Source of the DNA: a virus
DNA: 64,000 nucleotides
IMG/VR virus record: IMGVR_UViG_3300036944_000550
Location: 1-64,000 of that record
Reading direction: 5' to 3' (one strand)
The position numbers and the translations under genes are program-made. This document shows, in pieces, positions 19,364 through 29,533 of this stretch (within the stretch, counting starts at the first letter, position 1; every line of letters begins with the position of its first letter). The notes beneath the pieces are model-generated. The model saw nothing but the letters and a program-made list of their open reading frames with translations. It was not told the origin of the DNA and ran no database searches.

Positions 19364-19882
19364 TTAAAGTGTGTCAGTTAGGTAGTGTGAGTAGTTGAAG
19401 GTTACGGTAAACTCTTCGATTACATCGTTCTGACCATATTGCAAACCAATTTCCGACATGTTAATCGGGAATGAGTTAAACAGAGTATATTCCATCAGCA
19501 CATCATCATTACGATCAAGATGCTGAACGATAATATCTGCTTGATAGTCAGTTGGCGTAAGAACACCTGTGTTCAATTCCAGATCATTCATTCCGTTCAT
19601 CCACTCTTCGAATGGTTTGCGGAGCGACATTTCAGTGTCATTGATGATTGTTACTGTCCACGGATCGAAGATACGCTCGCCAGCGAGTTTCACTTCGCGA
19701 CCACGATACTGAACGAGAGTTGGGTTTACTGTTGATGCAGGAAGGGCAGCACCAGTAACCAACAGCGCATATTCTCTGTCAGGAACGGATGTTACATATC
19801 CAGGCCAGTTGAGTAATACACGGAATTGGTTAGGTCTTGCACCACCAGCACCTAGTAACCCTTTAAACTTTGAAATATCCAT
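19364..19882 (-). CDS. gp19: tail tube protein
   Basis: GGARPNQF, YRGREVKLAGER.F.PWTVT, IEEFTVTF. Confidence 0.95.
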   Translation of the reverse strand: MDISKFKGLLGAGGARPNQFRVLLNWPGYVTSVPDREYALLVTGAALPASTVNPTLVQYRGREVKLAGERIFDPWTVTIINDTEMSLRKPFEEWMNGMNDLELNTGVLTPTDYQADIIVQHLDRNDDVLMEYTLFNSFPINMSEIGLQYGQNDVIEEFTVTFNYSHYLTDTL

Positions 19883-19918
19883 AATAGATTTCTCCTATAA
19901 TTCTATTTATTCGGGTTA

Positions 19919-21592
19919 TTAGGCACCAACTTCTTCGAACGATACCGAGGTACGAGTTGCGATGAAGTTAAGGTAGATGAAGTTGATCGACTTAGCAGGT
20001 TTGATGTAGATATCTGCAACAAACTCATTACGGTCAATTACTTCGCCAGTGTTATTTGTTTCGTCACATACGACACGGAAGTCATAGATACCACGGCGAC
20101 CACGAACATCGCGGAGGAATGGTTCAACTAGTGACTTGAACTGCGCACGAGTGAAGACATCGTTGAATTCGAACAACTGGAACTTAGCAGCAGTTGAAAT
20201 CGCCTTCTCAAGAACGATGAATAGACGACGAACATTGATACGATCGAATGCCGATGGTTTGGCAAGAAGTGTCTTGTCACCATAAAGAACAACACCCTGT
20301 CCTGGGAACGAAACAACTGGGTTGATGCCATTCTTGTAAAGAGTATCACGATCTGTTTGGTTTGGTGAGAACAGAAGTTTCACGCAATTCTTGATAGCAC
20401 CACGGTTGAAACCAGCAGGTGACCACCATGGATCATTGGTTTGATCAGTACGAGCACAAAGACCTGCAGTATCAGCATTCAAAGGAATATTGATATATGT
20501 GTCATTATACTTATCGTATTGAACCTTCCAACCTGAATCCATAACAGCGTATGAAGTCGAACGATTTAAGGTTGAACTTCTATATGTTACGATGTCGTCT
20601 GCTTCGTCACCAGCATTGTTCTGTACTGCTGCCAGAGGAGGTGAGAGGAACACAACGCAGTCAAGACGATCAAGAGCAATGTTATCAATAACGTGCTGAG
20701 CAACAGCAACAGCATGACCACCAGTCAGAAGAAGCGAAACATCAACTAGTTCCTTATTGCCAAACAGATCGTAACCTGCTTGAAGATCACCAGCTGCAGG
20801 AGCAGCATCAACGCCGACTGTAAGAGAAACGTTTTCTGGCGAATTAAGACCGACAAATGCGCCTGCAACTGCTGCAGTTGAACCCCAATCAGACATTGAT
20901 GCTGGATGATCCATCCACCAAATGTATTTTGATTGTGTATTAATTACGTTTTTATAGTAGTTTGATGACCCATCAGAATTCTTGGCATCCGATGCCTTAG
21001 AAACGAATGGAAATTTTTCTAGAACAGTGCCAGCAGTACCAGTAAATACGCCATCTTCGTCAACAACGATTACGTGAAGTTCGTCACCAGTTGAATTGAA
21101 ATTCGCCGCATATTCTGAGGTTCCTGGAGCAGAATCAAACTGTGCAACATATGACCATTCACCGAATGTTAATGCGTCTGCAATACCAACTCGCAGAGAG
21201 TTACCAGCAGCACCTGGATACTTAGCAGCCCAAGTTCCTACTGCTGCTTCTCCTGAAGAATACGATGCTTCATAAACATCTTGATTGTTGATCGAAATTG
21301 CAGTTCCTGTTGAAACAGCGTTTCTTGCTGCTGTGCCGACTGCACGAACGAGTTGTAGATTATTTCCGTAACCAAGGAAGTTTGCTGCAGTGTGGAAGTG
21401 TACTGTAGTTGTGCTTGTTGGTTTACCAAACTCGCGAACGAGTTGGTTTTCTGACGAAACTGTTTGAATTTCGTTTACAGGTCCCCAGAGGAAGTAACCA
21501 ACGTATCCACCAGCAGAACTTGAGACTGCTGGTACGACGTTAGTTAGATCCTTTTCAGTAACTAGGACTCCTGGCGATAATTGAAATGCCAT
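19919..21592 (-). CDS. gp18: contractile tail sheath protein
   Basis: LSPGVLVTEKD, WWSPAGFNRG, AFDRINVRRLF, IYIKPAKSINFI. Confidence 0.97.
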   Translation of the reverse strand: MAFQLSPGVLVTEKDLTNVVPAVSSSAGGYVGYFLWGPVNEIQTVSSENQLVREFGKPTSTTTVHFHTAANFLGYGNNLQLVRAVGTAARNAVSTGTAISINNQDVYEASYSSGEAAVGTWAAKYPGAAGNSLRVGIADALTFGEWSYVAQFDSAPGTSEYAANFNSTGDELHVIVVDEDGVFTGTAGTVLEKFPFVSKASDAKNSDGSSNYYKNVINTQSKYIWWMDHPASMSDWGSTAAVAGAFVGLNSPENVSLTVGVDAAPAAGDLQAGYDLFGNKELVDVSLLLTGGHAVAVAQHVIDNIALDRLDCVVFLSPPLAAVQNNAGDEADDIVTYRSSTLNRSTSYAVMDSGWKVQYDKYNDTYINIPLNADTAGLCARTDQTNDPWWSPAGFNRGAIKNCVKLLFSPNQTDRDTLYKNGINPVVSFPGQGVVLYGDKTLLAKPSAFDRINVRRLFIVLEKAISTAAKFQLFEFNDVFTRAQFKSLVEPFLRDVRGRRGIYDFRVVCDETNNTGEVIDRNEFVADIYIKPAKSINFIYLNFIATRTSVSFEEVGA

Positions 21593-21649
21593 TTTCTTCT
21601 CCTTGTATATAAAAACTGACAAAAACCACTGTCTTTTTTGTTATAAACT

Positions 21650-21657
21650 TATTTATA
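21650..21657 (-). promoter_or_regulatory. T4-type late promoter
   Basis: TATAAATA upstream of gp18. Confidence 0.7.
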
Positions 21658-21668
21658 AGATACTTACT

Positions 21669-23303
21669 TTACATCCAACCACGTTTAGTTGGTGTAGTAT
21701 CGACAGACCATAGGTCTCCACTATCAACAAAAACTTCTTCTTCAGTACCATTTAATATTAGACCAAATGGTGTCAGTTCTTCTTCTATTTGTTTCATCTG
21801 ACCATCATATAACTTTTTTCTAATGTCAATATCTGTCAGATCGGTGAAATATGTATTGCTGGTTACCCATGCAAACATTACTAAACTCATTACCAAGTCA
21901 TCAAAATAACCTTCATCCGCCATCCAAGTTCCCATCTTTTCAATAAAGGTAGAGAACTCTGAGATGGTATCTGCATCAAAAATAAGTAACTTCTTTTCTT
22001 CCATCAGAGACTTTAGTGTAAAACAACCTTGCCTTTTAACTTGCTTGGTCATTCGAACACCCATTTGGGTTGCTCTACCAAATCCTGGAGAAAGATATTG
22101 TTTATTTGTATCTTTAGATGTCGTTAAAATATTATCATATTCTAATTCTGCATGTAAAATATCGGCGACTTGTTGACCGATATCGTTAATTTCAATCATT
22201 ACATATGCATTATTAAAATCTCTTGCCACTTTGTTTACGATATTAGGATATAACATCGGTGGTATTTTATTGTTGCGGTATTTGGCGACTAGTTTATATG
22301 GAACCGAGGTCGCATCAACCACAGTAAATGCAGAATAGTCGCCGCCAATACCTCTTGCAGTATCAACACCCATAACATAAGTATGCTCTGGGATCGGATC
22401 CTCGAAAATATCTAGACCATCCTTCATGTATATAGGGTCAATAGAACTCATCGCTCCAAGTGTATGTGCATTCACAAGAGTGTTGCTCGAACCAAGAAAA
22501 TTACAGAGAACTTCTTGGTTGAATTTCAACTCGCCGAGCATCTTGAGTTGTTCTTCTGCCCATTCTTCATCGCGTCCAGGAATTTCAGTATATGGGATGA
22601 ACATGGGTTTGAATCCATTGACACCCTTTTCTGCTTCGTTCCAGAATTTCCAGAAGTGGTTATACCCCAGAGGTGTTGAGGTTAGAAGGATCTTAGTTGT
22701 TTGACCAGCAGAAATTGTAGGATAAACTGAAGCGAAGAACTGTTCAGCAACCGTGTTTGGAATAATCGCTGCTTCATCGATATACAACCAGTTAACAGAC
22801 TTACCACGAATACCAGAGGCAGTCGTAGCAGCAGTAAATACCTTGGATCCGTTTTCTAATTCAACGTCACCCTTGTTCCAAGTCTTAACACCTTGCTGCA
22901 TCCAGAGAGGCAAGTTCTCAAACATACCTTGATAACGATTCATGACTTCGCGAGCAGCAGAAGTCTTGTTCGCAAGGATAGCAACAGTTTTTGCATCTTG
23001 AAACAGTGTATACCACAGGATACAAGCAGCAGATGTGATAGTCTTACCCTGCTGACGACCTTCCATAAGAATCGCTTTACGATTGTCTAGGATATGATGG
23101 ACTTTGCGCTTCTGACATTCATACAGTTTGAATGGAATGAGACCTTCGTCAAGCGACACGATCATGCAATAGTTCTCGATGAAGTAAATTGGATCCTCCT
23201 CGCACAAAGCGAGTTCTGTCAATTGCTCCGGAGTAAAATTGTGTTTGTATCCAATCGGTTTTAAATTAATATTACCGTGATACGAGGATTCCTCAATTAT
23301 CAT
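21669..23303 (-). CDS. gp17: terminase large subunit
   Basis: RQQGKT Walker A, IDEAA Walker B, STPLG, nuclease DTARG..DYS and DDLVM. Confidence 0.97.
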   Translation of the reverse strand: MIIEESSYHGNINLKPIGYKHNFTPEQLTELALCEEDPIYFIENYCMIVSLDEGLIPFKLYECQKRKVHHILDNRKAILMEGRQQGKTITSAACILWYTLFQDAKTVAILANKTSAAREVMNRYQGMFENLPLWMQQGVKTWNKGDVELENGSKVFTAATTASGIRGKSVNWLYIDEAAIIPNTVAEQFFASVYPTISAGQTTKILLTSTPLGYNHFWKFWNEAEKGVNGFKPMFIPYTEIPGRDEEWAEEQLKMLGELKFNQEVLCNFLGSSNTLVNAHTLGAMSSIDPIYMKDGLDIFEDPIPEHTYVMGVDTARGIGGDYSAFTVVDATSVPYKLVAKYRNNKIPPMLYPNIVNKVARDFNNAYVMIEINDIGQQVADILHAELEYDNILTTSKDTNKQYLSPGFGRATQMGVRMTKQVKRQGCFTLKSLMEEKKLLIFDADTISEFSTFIEKMGTWMADEGYFDDLVMSLVMFAWVTSNTYFTDLTDIDIRKKLYDGQMKQIEEELTPFGLILNGTEEEVFVDSGDLWSVDTTPTKRGWM

Positions 23304-23781
23304 GTTCTATAACTTTTGCTTTCTCTGCTTTCAATGCCTTGAGTAAATCTTGGGTGCTTCCGGAAAAGATAATATTATTCTGTGTGTCTATTTGCTGAGA
23401 CTTTTTGCTATCATCTTGAAGAACCTTTTTCTTTCTCGCCTGAAGATCCATAAGATCTTTAGCAGTATCACCAGTTGTTTTGATCAATTGACCAACGACT
23501 TCATACGCACGAGGACTGTCGCTTGCAAGTGCAACATTTAACATACCCTCTAATGCTCGTTGACTTGTGTCAATCAATTCATTGAGTTTGTTTCTAGCAA
23601 CATTATAATCATCTTCAATGTCATTGCCAGTAGATTCGATGACTGCTGGAACTGCAGATGTAGTGGTAGTTGCTGGGAGAATCTCCACTTCAATTACTTC
23701 AACTGGTTCTGGGATCTTTGTTGTTTCGGTTCCAAAAAGATCGTCAAGATCTTGATAGTTACCCTTGTTCGTAGAATTCAT
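23293..23781 (-). CDS. gp16: terminase small subunit
   Basis: DDY..AR, SPRAYEV, GSTQDL; overlaps the gp17 start. Confidence 0.9.
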   Translation of the reverse strand: MNSTNKGNYQDLDDLFGTETTKIPEPVEVIEVEILPATTTTSAVPAVIESTGNDIEDDYNVARNKLNELIDTSQRALEGMLNVALASDSPRAYEVVGQLIKTTGDTAKDLMDLQARKKKVLQDDSKKSQQIDTQNNIIFSGSTQDLLKALKAEKAKVIEHDN

Positions 23782-24532
23782 CGAATTGCTCCACATAATC
23801 CCATTCATCCGTTACTGCAGCAGTATTTGGATTTGTTGTTACTTGATATTTTTGTTGATAAGTAGGTTGTTCAATATCCGTATATGTATTTGCGATTGCG
23901 CTTCGGATAATTCCTTGCTGCTCGACTGGACCATACATGTTCAACCCTAGTGTAAAGTTTAATGTCCATACAATCGAACGTCTTTGCATGTAATCACCAG
24001 CATAGTCATCTTCATAATTGATTGAATCAAGAACTATCTGAAGATCTCTCTTGATTCCCATTGCAGGAATGTCAGTTATAGTGACGCAGAAGTCAGGATT
24101 GAAGAACGGAATTATTTGCTCAACAATCTGCAACGCATCATCTTGATTCTTTGCCATTGCATACAACGAAATATTCATGTCATATGGTGTGCTTGTGAAT
24201 TGAGTTCGGAGCATGTTGGGGTCATCACCCTGACCGATTGCTACGTTCTTAGTTAACAGGTTAATCTTTCTCGCAGGATTATATTGTAATCCTGTTATCT
24301 CAAACCCCATTCGCGGAAGAATAATTGCCGTTGCCTGCGTAGTCGTTGTTGGAACTTCTGCGATACGAGCAAGAAATTTATTTTTCGGTGAATATGCCAA
24401 GGGAACACGAACAGATTGCACGACTTCTTGATCAGAATTGTATCTCTTAACAGAAATCTGATTAAAGATTGTACCGAAAGCAATGATTGCTTTTCTGATG
24501 TGTTGATGATAAAAGTGTTGACGTAAAAACAT
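23759..24532 (-). CDS. gp15: tail sheath stabiliser/terminator
   Basis: FYH..IRKAIIAFGTIFN, VPLAYSPK.KF, QIVEQIIPFF.P. Confidence 0.93.
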   Translation of the reverse strand: MFLRQHFYHQHIRKAIIAFGTIFNQISVKRYNSDQEVVQSVRVPLAYSPKNKFLARIAEVPTTTTQATAIILPRMGFEITGLQYNPARKINLLTKNVAIGQGDDPNMLRTQFTSTPYDMNISLYAMAKNQDDALQIVEQIIPFFNPDFCVTITDIPAMGIKRDLQIVLDSINYEDDYAGDYMQRRSIVWTLNFTLGLNMYGPVEQQGIIRSAIANTYTDIEQPTYQQKYQVTTNPNTAAVTDEWDYVEQFDEFYEQG

Positions 24533-25278
24533 TATGCTCTTTTCTGTACCTCACCGAATGGATTGAATGCGGTGAAGTCTAGAATGCCTTCTGCTTCTAC
24601 CTCGAATTCTTCATTGTCTGATTGTGGATCTGTGTCTGCAGTTGCATATATCTCGAGGATAATTGAATCATCACTAGAGTTTAGAACAAAGTCCCCTGAC
24701 TCTTGAAGCAGCTGGAATCTGTAAACATCTTGATTTGATGCGTCAGTGATTGAATCAATTTCATCGATCCCTGTATCAATTCTTTCAGAACTGAATTCAA
24801 AGACATCACATTGCAGTTTATATGTGTAGATCTTGCCGAGTTGATAGAATGGATTTAAGAAGTCAACATACTTGATTACGAAAAATGTTTTGGTTTTCGA
24901 GAAGTAAAGTAGATCGCCTTCTGCTGGTCTTCCTGGTAATTCTAGTATCGCATTCTGAGCAACACCTTCTTCCCAGCGTCTTTTGGCAACTACGAAGGTT
25001 GCTGAAGATCTAAACTCAAATCCGAACTTAGTAAATAGTTCGCCTTCACCCTCGAAACCTTGAACATTCTCAAGATACATTTCGAGAGGATATGCTTGAT
25101 CGAAATACTGAAGTGCATCTTCGCCTAGGATACCGTCAAGGTTACCAGTTTGTTTTGGAAGATAAAAAACATCATGACCGTAGATCTTCAAACTTTCAAT
25201 GACAAGATCCTCCACCAAACGTTGTTCGTTTGTGGTTCCAGATGTATTACCAGATTGAAAATAGAAGTTCGTTGGCAT
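24532..25278 (-). CDS. gp14: neck protein (head closure)
   Basis: EQRLVEDL..ESLKIYG.D, RPAEGDLLYF, PFYQLGK, NPFGE. Confidence 0.93.
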   Translation of the reverse strand: MPTNFYFQSGNTSGTTNEQRLVEDLVIESLKIYGHDVFYLPKQTGNLDGILGEDALQYFDQAYPLEMYLENVQGFEGEGELFTKFGFEFRSSATFVVAKRRWEEGVAQNAILELPGRPAEGDLLYFSKTKTFFVIKYVDFLNPFYQLGKIYTYKLQCDVFEFSSERIDTGIDEIDSITDASNQDVYRFQLLQESGDFVLNSSDDSIILEIYATADTDPQSDNEEFEVEAEGILDFTAFNPFGEVQKRA

Positions 25279-25281
25279 GTC

Positions 25282-26250
25282 TTATCCAACCATGAAGTCT
25301 ATTGGCAACTCTGACTTCAATTGCATTTCGTTTTCGATTGTCGTGATTTCTTCGACTGCTTCTTCGTAAATCTCTCTGCCATTTAGAATTACACCCCCAG
25401 GAAGTTGGATCCCACCAAACTTCTTCATGTTCTCGCCCCATTGACGTTTGATCAATGCAGTCGAATAACGTTTCAGGAACATGTCATCATAGACTTGTGT
25501 GTATGTTGTTGGGTCTAGGATACGATAGCATTCAACGACAATAAAATCATCAGGATTTAATACTTCTTCCCAATTCATGTCAATATACATCTTGTCCATT
25601 TTACGATTGTATTTGAATGAACGATCGCCAACTAGAAGCATGTCAAGCATCGATAGATGCTGTTGAACTTGCGTGTAATAAACCATGTCAGCAGACAGCA
25701 AGTTATACATGTCATTAAGACGGAACTGATAGATAAGATCGAACATGTTGTTACGATTGTTCATACCAGAACTTGGACCATTGACTGGCAGAACACGGAT
25801 AACACCGATTACCGAATCTGGGAGCGGGAGATAACCATTTTGAATATCTCCTGGAGTATAGAAACCAGTTGCGGCGAGTGCTCTGCTGAAACCTGATGTG
25901 GAACCAGTAACAGTTTCACCTGTTGTGAACACACCCTTTACGTTGGATATTCTAGCAGTAGTTCCGGATAATGTATATAAGATACATGTTGCGCCTGAAG
26001 TATTACCAACTAACATCTCGTTGTTCTGGAAAGAGGGCGCAGACAACCCTGAGAATTTTAATTCTGCAGTGGTAACTTTGTGTGTGAGATAGAGTCTCTC
26101 GACACCGTCAAAGTGATACTCTTGGAAATACTGTAATGCGTCATCGATACGATCTTCTACTTGATCATCGTCCACATTAATTTCGATTACTGGAAACCCA
26201 AGTCTGCGCAAACAGTAATCTATTAAACCTTGTCTTGAAGAAATTGCCAT
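25282..26250 (-). CDS. gp13: neck protein (head-tail adaptor)
   Basis: YCLRRLG.PVIEINV, KRQWGENMKKF..IQLPGGV.LNG. Confidence 0.93.
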   Translation of the reverse strand: MAISSRQGLIDYCLRRLGFPVIEINVDDDQVEDRIDDALQYFQEYHFDGVERLYLTHKVTTAELKFSGLSAPSFQNNEMLVGNTSGATCILYTLSGTTARISNVKGVFTTGETVTGSTSGFSRALAATGFYTPGDIQNGYLPLPDSVIGVIRVLPVNGPSSGMNNRNNMFDLIYQFRLNDMYNLLSADMVYYTQVQQHLSMLDMLLVGDRSFKYNRKMDKMYIDMNWEEVLNPDDFIVVECYRILDPTTYTQVYDDMFLKRYSTALIKRQWGENMKKFGGIQLPGGVILNGREIYEEAVEEITTIENEMQLKSELPIDFMVG

Positions 26251-26269
26251 ATCTTGTCCTCTTTGGGAC

Positions 26270-26277
26270 TATTTATA
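26270..26277 (-). promoter_or_regulatory. T4-type late promoter
   Basis: TATAAATA upstream of gp13. Confidence 0.65.
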
Positions 26278-26515
26278 ATGCACCCATGTCATATACTGTA
26301 GGATCCACCCCTGCGAGATCACCCAGATCGATTGTTCCTGGGATAGTAAAGAAATCTGGATTATATCCACCCACTTCAATAATACTTCCATCAGTTTTTT
26401 TAGAATACAGCGCACCATCTGCCAAGTTTACTGCAAGTTCCCCAACAGCAATATCATTTACTGTCGGGATTGAACCTGCGGATTCACTTCTTTTTAATTG
26501 TATTACAGTTGTCAT
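26273..26515 (-). CDS. small fibre-adaptor-like protein
   Basis: IQLKRS...GELAVNLADG.LY.K resembles the N-terminal module of T4 gp36/gp37. Confidence 0.65.
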   Translation of the reverse strand: MTTVIQLKRSESAGSIPTVNDIAVGELAVNLADGALYSKKTDGSIIEVGGYNPDFFTIPGTIDLGDLAGVDPTVYDMGAL

Positions 26516-26517
26516 AA

Positions 26518-28611
26518 TTAATTCAATAGAGTCCCTGCGGCATTGTAAACATTAATACGGAAATATGCGCTTGAGTTACCGTCTAGAAGATCAGCATCAA
26601 GTCCCGAACCAGAACCATCAACTGTCTTAATCGCATCAAGCATATTGGTGGCAGTGAATGCGCCACCCAGAGAAACTGCAGTTCCTGCCAAAGTGATTGC
26701 GCTGTTTGCAAGTTTAGCATTAGCAATAGAACCTGCCAACATAGTATTGGTAACTGATCCAGTATCACCAGTTGTAACGACAGTGCCAGAAACATCTGGG
26801 AAAGTGAATGTTCTATCTGCAGATAAGGTAGTTGGCGTTAGAATTGCTTCCCAGTTTCCAGTACCACCTGCACGACCGCGAAGTTCTATACCATCTTGTG
26901 TGGATGCTGCACGAGTTAAAACACCACCGCCAGTAGTTGTTAGAGAAGTACCTGTCGCTGCACCAATATTTGGTGTTACTAGGGTTGGAGTATTAGCAAA
27001 TACCAGTGCACCAGAACCAGTTTCGTCAGTAACTACTGAGGCGAGGTTTGCTGCGGTTGGAGTAGCAAGGAATGTTGCAACTCCAGTACCAAGACCAGAA
27101 ACACCAGTGGCAATTGGAAGACCAGTTGCATTGGTTAGAACACCAGATGCGGGAGTACCAAGTGCAGGAGTTACGAGTGTTGGACTGTTAGCAAATACGG
27201 CAGCACCAGTACCAGTTTCATCAGTTAAGGCTGCTAGGAGTTGGGCAGAAGTGAATGATCCAAGTACCGCTGCGTTGCCTACCGATGTGATATGCCCAGT
27301 TAAGTTTGCGTTAGTTGTTACATTACCCGCAGTTAATCCAGATGCTGTACCAGTTACATTGGTCATTACACCAGAAGCAGGAGTACCCAATGCTGGCGTC
27401 GTTAGTGTTGGACTAGTAAGTGTCTTGTTTGTGAGAGTTTGCGTTGCAGTAGTACCAACAACTGGAATATAGTTAGTTCCGTCTACTGTATATTCCCAAA
27501 CATCGGTAGTTTCATTCCATTGAAATGCAACATTAGTAGAAGTACCACGTTCAACTTCGATACCAGCATTTTGTGATGGAGTTCCTGCTTCATTACTATT
27601 TAATGTAATAATATTATCAGCAAGATTGATTGTTTCGGTATTTACTGTAGTAGTAGTTCCAGAAACAGTAAGATTGCCACTAACAGTTAAATCATTGAAT
27701 GTAACGTTAGAACCAGTTCCAACTGCCTGACCAATAGCAACTGCACCATCAGTGATAGTAACACCTGTTCCTGCGCTGAAGTGAGCGCGGACATCTGTTG
27801 CACTTGGACCAGTATATGTAATTACACCAGTTGTATTGTTGTATGCTAGTGATCCATCGCCGCCACTATCTGTTACAGATACCGCACCACGCGCAAGAGC
27901 ATCTGTATATTGAGTAATGGTGGATGAAATTGCACCAGTTGTATTATTATATGAAATCCCTGTACCCGCACTTAGACTTGACAGAGTAATAAAGTTTGCG
28001 CCATTAGTTAGATGACTGGTATTAGTTGGGATGGTAATAGCACCAGTTGTGCTGTTATATGCTCCTGAACCAGCAGTAAAACTTAGGGATGCTCTTGCTA
28101 GTGAGTCGGTATATTGGGTAATAGTGGATGAAATTGCGCCACTAGTAATACTAATGCCTGTGCTTGCGCTGAAGTGAGCACGAACATCAGACGCAGAAGG
28201 TCCAGTGTAAGTAATTACACCAGTAGTATTGTTGTAAGCAAGCGATCCATCGCCACCAGAGTCAGTTACAGATACTGCTGCTCTTGCAGATGCATCATTA
28301 TACTGAGTGATAGAAGTAGAGATAGCACCATCAGTAATGGAAATACCAGTGCTTGCGGTAAATGCGCCTCTTGCTCTTGCGTTTGTGAAATAGAGGTTCG
28401 TTGAACCTTCTGTTATTTCGTCACTGTTATCTTTAGTCTGAATTGCTGAAGTAACATATGCTTCAGTTGCCAGAGGTTTACCACCAGCAGTGGTACCATC
28501 ATGAACAACTACAGTATCTTTTGTTGTGTCGACAGTGACTTCACCGACAGCACCCGTAAAGGTTGAGTGCTGAACAGTAGTCCCTCTTCTAAGTTGTAAA
28601 ATCGTTGCCAT
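26518..28611 (-). CDS. tail/virion fibre protein with Mtd_N-like N-terminus
   Basis: [24 protein letters not shown]...VHDG.TAGG; internal T/G/S-rich repeats; C-terminal [14 protein letters not shown]. Confidence 0.75.
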   Translation of the reverse strand: MATILQLRRGTTVQHSTFTGAVGEVTVDTTKDTVVVHDGTTAGGKPLATEAYVTSAIQTKDNSDEITEGSTNLYFTNARARGAFTASTGISITDGAISTSITQYNDASARAAVSVTDSGGDGSLAYNNTTGVITYTGPSASDVRAHFSASTGISITSGAISSTITQYTDSLARASLSFTAGSGAYNSTTGAITIPTNTSHLTNGANFITLSSLSAGTGISYNNTTGAISSTITQYTDALARGAVSVTDSGGDGSLAYNNTTGVITYTGPSATDVRAHFSAGTGVTITDGAVAIGQAVGTGSNVTFNDLTVSGNLTVSGTTTTVNTETINLADNIITLNSNEAGTPSQNAGIEVERGTSTNVAFQWNETTDVWEYTVDGTNYIPVVGTTATQTLTNKTLTSPTLTTPALGTPASGVMTNVTGTASGLTAGNVTTNANLTGHITSVGNAAVLGSFTSAQLLAALTDETGTGAAVFANSPTLVTPALGTPASGVLTNATGLPIATGVSGLGTGVATFLATPTAANLASVVTDETGSGALVFANTPTLVTPNIGAATGTSLTTTGGGVLTRAASTQDGIELRGRAGGTGNWEAILTPTTLSADRTFTFPDVSGTVVTTGDTGSVTNTMLAGSIANAKLANSAITLAGTAVSLGGAFTATNMLDAIKTVDGSGSGLDADLLDGNSSAYFRINVYNAAGTLLN

Positions 28612-28634
28612 TTGTATCTCCTAGTCCACCCTAT

Positions 28635-28838
28635 TTAGGTATATGTTCCACCATCAAGAATGGCACCGTCTTTAATATTTGCTAGAGTGGTTTTCAACAA
28701 CTCATGTCCACCAGCAGTGGAACCGTCATGCACTCTTATCGAATTGTTTGTAGTGTCTACAGTGATTTCTGCCACAGCACCAGTAAAGGTATTGTGCTGG
28801 GTGGAAGTACCTCTTCTAAGTTTGACTCTTGCTGCCAT
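28635..28838 (-). CDS. stand-alone Mtd_N-like small protein
   Basis: LRRGTSTQHNTFTGAVAEITVDT..VHDGSTAGG paralogous to the N-terminus of 26518..28611. Confidence 0.7.
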   Translation of the reverse strand: MAARVKLRRGTSTQHNTFTGAVAEITVDTTNNSIRVHDGSTAGGHELLKTTLANIKDGAILDGGTYT

Positions 28839-29197
28839 CAGATACTCCCGTAATCAATTGAGTTATACTCGAGTACGTTGTCGGTAATTAGTCCGTAATC
28901 TAAATCAGCATTTTGATTTAGGCGAACGACCGCGACACCTGGAGTTGTTGTGGTATCAACAGTGAAATCCCCGAAGATGGTGTCAGCGAATGAAATGGTT
29001 GCTACTGATGTTGCAGCGCCTCCATCATTTACTTCGACTCCACCAAGACCAACGACTGTTCCATCAGCCTTTTTAGAATAAATTTTCTTATCTGTTAGAT
29101 TAACAGCGAGTTCGCCTACTGCTAGATTTGCACCAGTTGGTGCTGCTCCAGGAGTCTCACTTCGCTTTATCTGTACTGTCGTTGTCGGCGCTGTCAT
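28838..29197 (-). CDS. small fibre-adaptor-like protein
   Basis: VQIKRS...GELAVNLTDKKIYSK paralogous to 26273..26515. Confidence 0.65.
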   Translation of the reverse strand: MTAPTTTVQIKRSETPGAAPTGANLAVGELAVNLTDKKIYSKKADGTVVGLGGVEVNDGGAATSVATISFADTIFGDFTVDTTTTPGVAVVRLNQNADLDYGLITDNVLEYNSIDYGSI

Positions 29198-29483
29198 TCA
29201 GAACTTCCTTCTCGGTTTGCTCCGCATCGTCAACGAGGTATGGTTCTTGTGTGTCGGTATAACTGTAATCAGATTTTAATTTACCGTCAAGACCCATGTA
29301 ATCGGACTTAGGAACTGGAATTGCTTGAATATCTTCTAAAACTTGAATCTTTTTCTGCAACTCATTAATGGTTTCATTCGCCATTGTAAGTTGTGTATTC
29401 AACATGATATTATCAAGTGTTAATGCCTTCAGTCGTTCTGCAAGATTTGCAATATACGAGTTAATAAATTTTGTTTGATCCAT
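29157..29483 (-). CDS. hypothetical coiled-coil protein
   Basis: Heptad pattern YIANLAERLKALTLDNIML; GGAG RBS. Confidence 0.65.
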   Translation of the reverse strand: MDQTKFINSYIANLAERLKALTLDNIMLNTQLTMANETINELQKKIQVLEDIQAIPVPKSDYMGLDGKLKSDYSYTDTQEPYLVDDAEQTEKEVLNDSADNDSTDKAK

Positions 29484-29494
29484 TATCTATCTCC

Positions 29495-29526
29495 AAAAAA
29501 GTGGGAGGGGAGAAATTCCCCTCCCC
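29495..29526 (-). terminator. rho-independent terminator
   Basis: GGGGAGGGGA-ATTTC-TCCCCTCCC hairpin followed by TTTTTT on the minus strand. Confidence 0.75.
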
Positions 29527-29533
29527 TTATATA

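Noticed and set aside
13317-23303. Introns, inteins or homing endonucleases in core genes
   Set aside because: gp17, gp18, gp20 and gp23 are continuous and of normal length; no HNH, GIY-YIG or LAGLIDADG motifs were seen
26645-27472. Long plus-strand ORFs (also 555..1193, 29916..30476, 41835..42350, 45233..45763, 58679..59278 and others)
   Set aside because: They are antisense shadows of well-supported minus-strand genes, caused by codon bias, and have no recognisable motifs
26518-28838. Mtd_N-like domains suggesting a diversity-generating retroelement
   Set aside because: No reverse transcriptase and no template/variable repeat pair with adenine-specific mismatches in the window; the domain is a common fibre N-terminus
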